Source: a virus (lineage: Duplodnaviria > Caudoviricetes). From it: a DNA stretch of 55,720 bases. How positions within the stretch are numbered: position 1 is the stretch's first letter; each line of letters starts with the position of its first letter. The translations under genes and the position numbers were made by a program. Under the pieces are notes generated by a model. That model had not been told where the DNA came from. It did not search any database and saw only the letters and a list, made by a program, of their open reading frames with translations. Of this stretch, positions 55,720 to 55,720 are shown in pieces. The stretch covers positions 1 to 55,720 of IMG/VR virus record IMGVR_UViG_3300037498_000121. One strand, written 5' to 3'.

Positions 55720-55720
55720 C

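Larger units (their letters stand above)
1..55720 (-). mobile_element. Fragment of a large contractile-tailed bacteriophage (morphogenesis, lysis-like and replication modules)
   Basis: Co-oriented, tightly coupled minus-strand genes for sheath, tube, tape measure, baseplate and neck, followed by helicases. No host housekeeping genes, integrase or att site seen. Confidence 0.95.

Noticed and set aside
1-55720. tRNA, rRNA, introns, inteins, stop-codon recoding
   Set aside because: None recognisable; genes read through under the standard code with all three stop codons used.

Overview
This is a 55.7-kb segment of a large, roughly 60% GC contractile-tailed dsDNA phage (myovirus). Every credible gene is on the minus strand. 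In transcription order (right to left): a partial glycine-rich head-fibre/cement-like protein; a 5673-aa protein with about 75 Asp-box blades (about 15 five-bladed beta-propellers, nested inside one another and inside a LamG domain); small virion proteins; a permuted NlpC/P60 + pseudo-receiver + membrane-protein cassette; neck genes; sheath; tube; a tail chaperone with a probable +1 frameshift; tape measure; hub; spike; a LysM/gp25 fusion; baseplate J; LamG and fibre genes; a holin/spanin-like trio; a 0.9-kb non-coding origin-like region; then an SF2 helicase and a DnaB-like helicase. Gene order resembles SPO1/Twort-like phages. Three signals stand out. (1) The octamer TTCCAGAA/TTCTGGAA occurs at least 64 times (about 1 expected), in all six codon phases, and its core forms a helically phased array in the origin-like region. 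(2) The giant propeller protein has a Russian-doll architecture. (3) The control region carries iteron-like repeats and GNA-triloop hairpins. All counts are manual and all family assignments come from motif recognition, not database searches.
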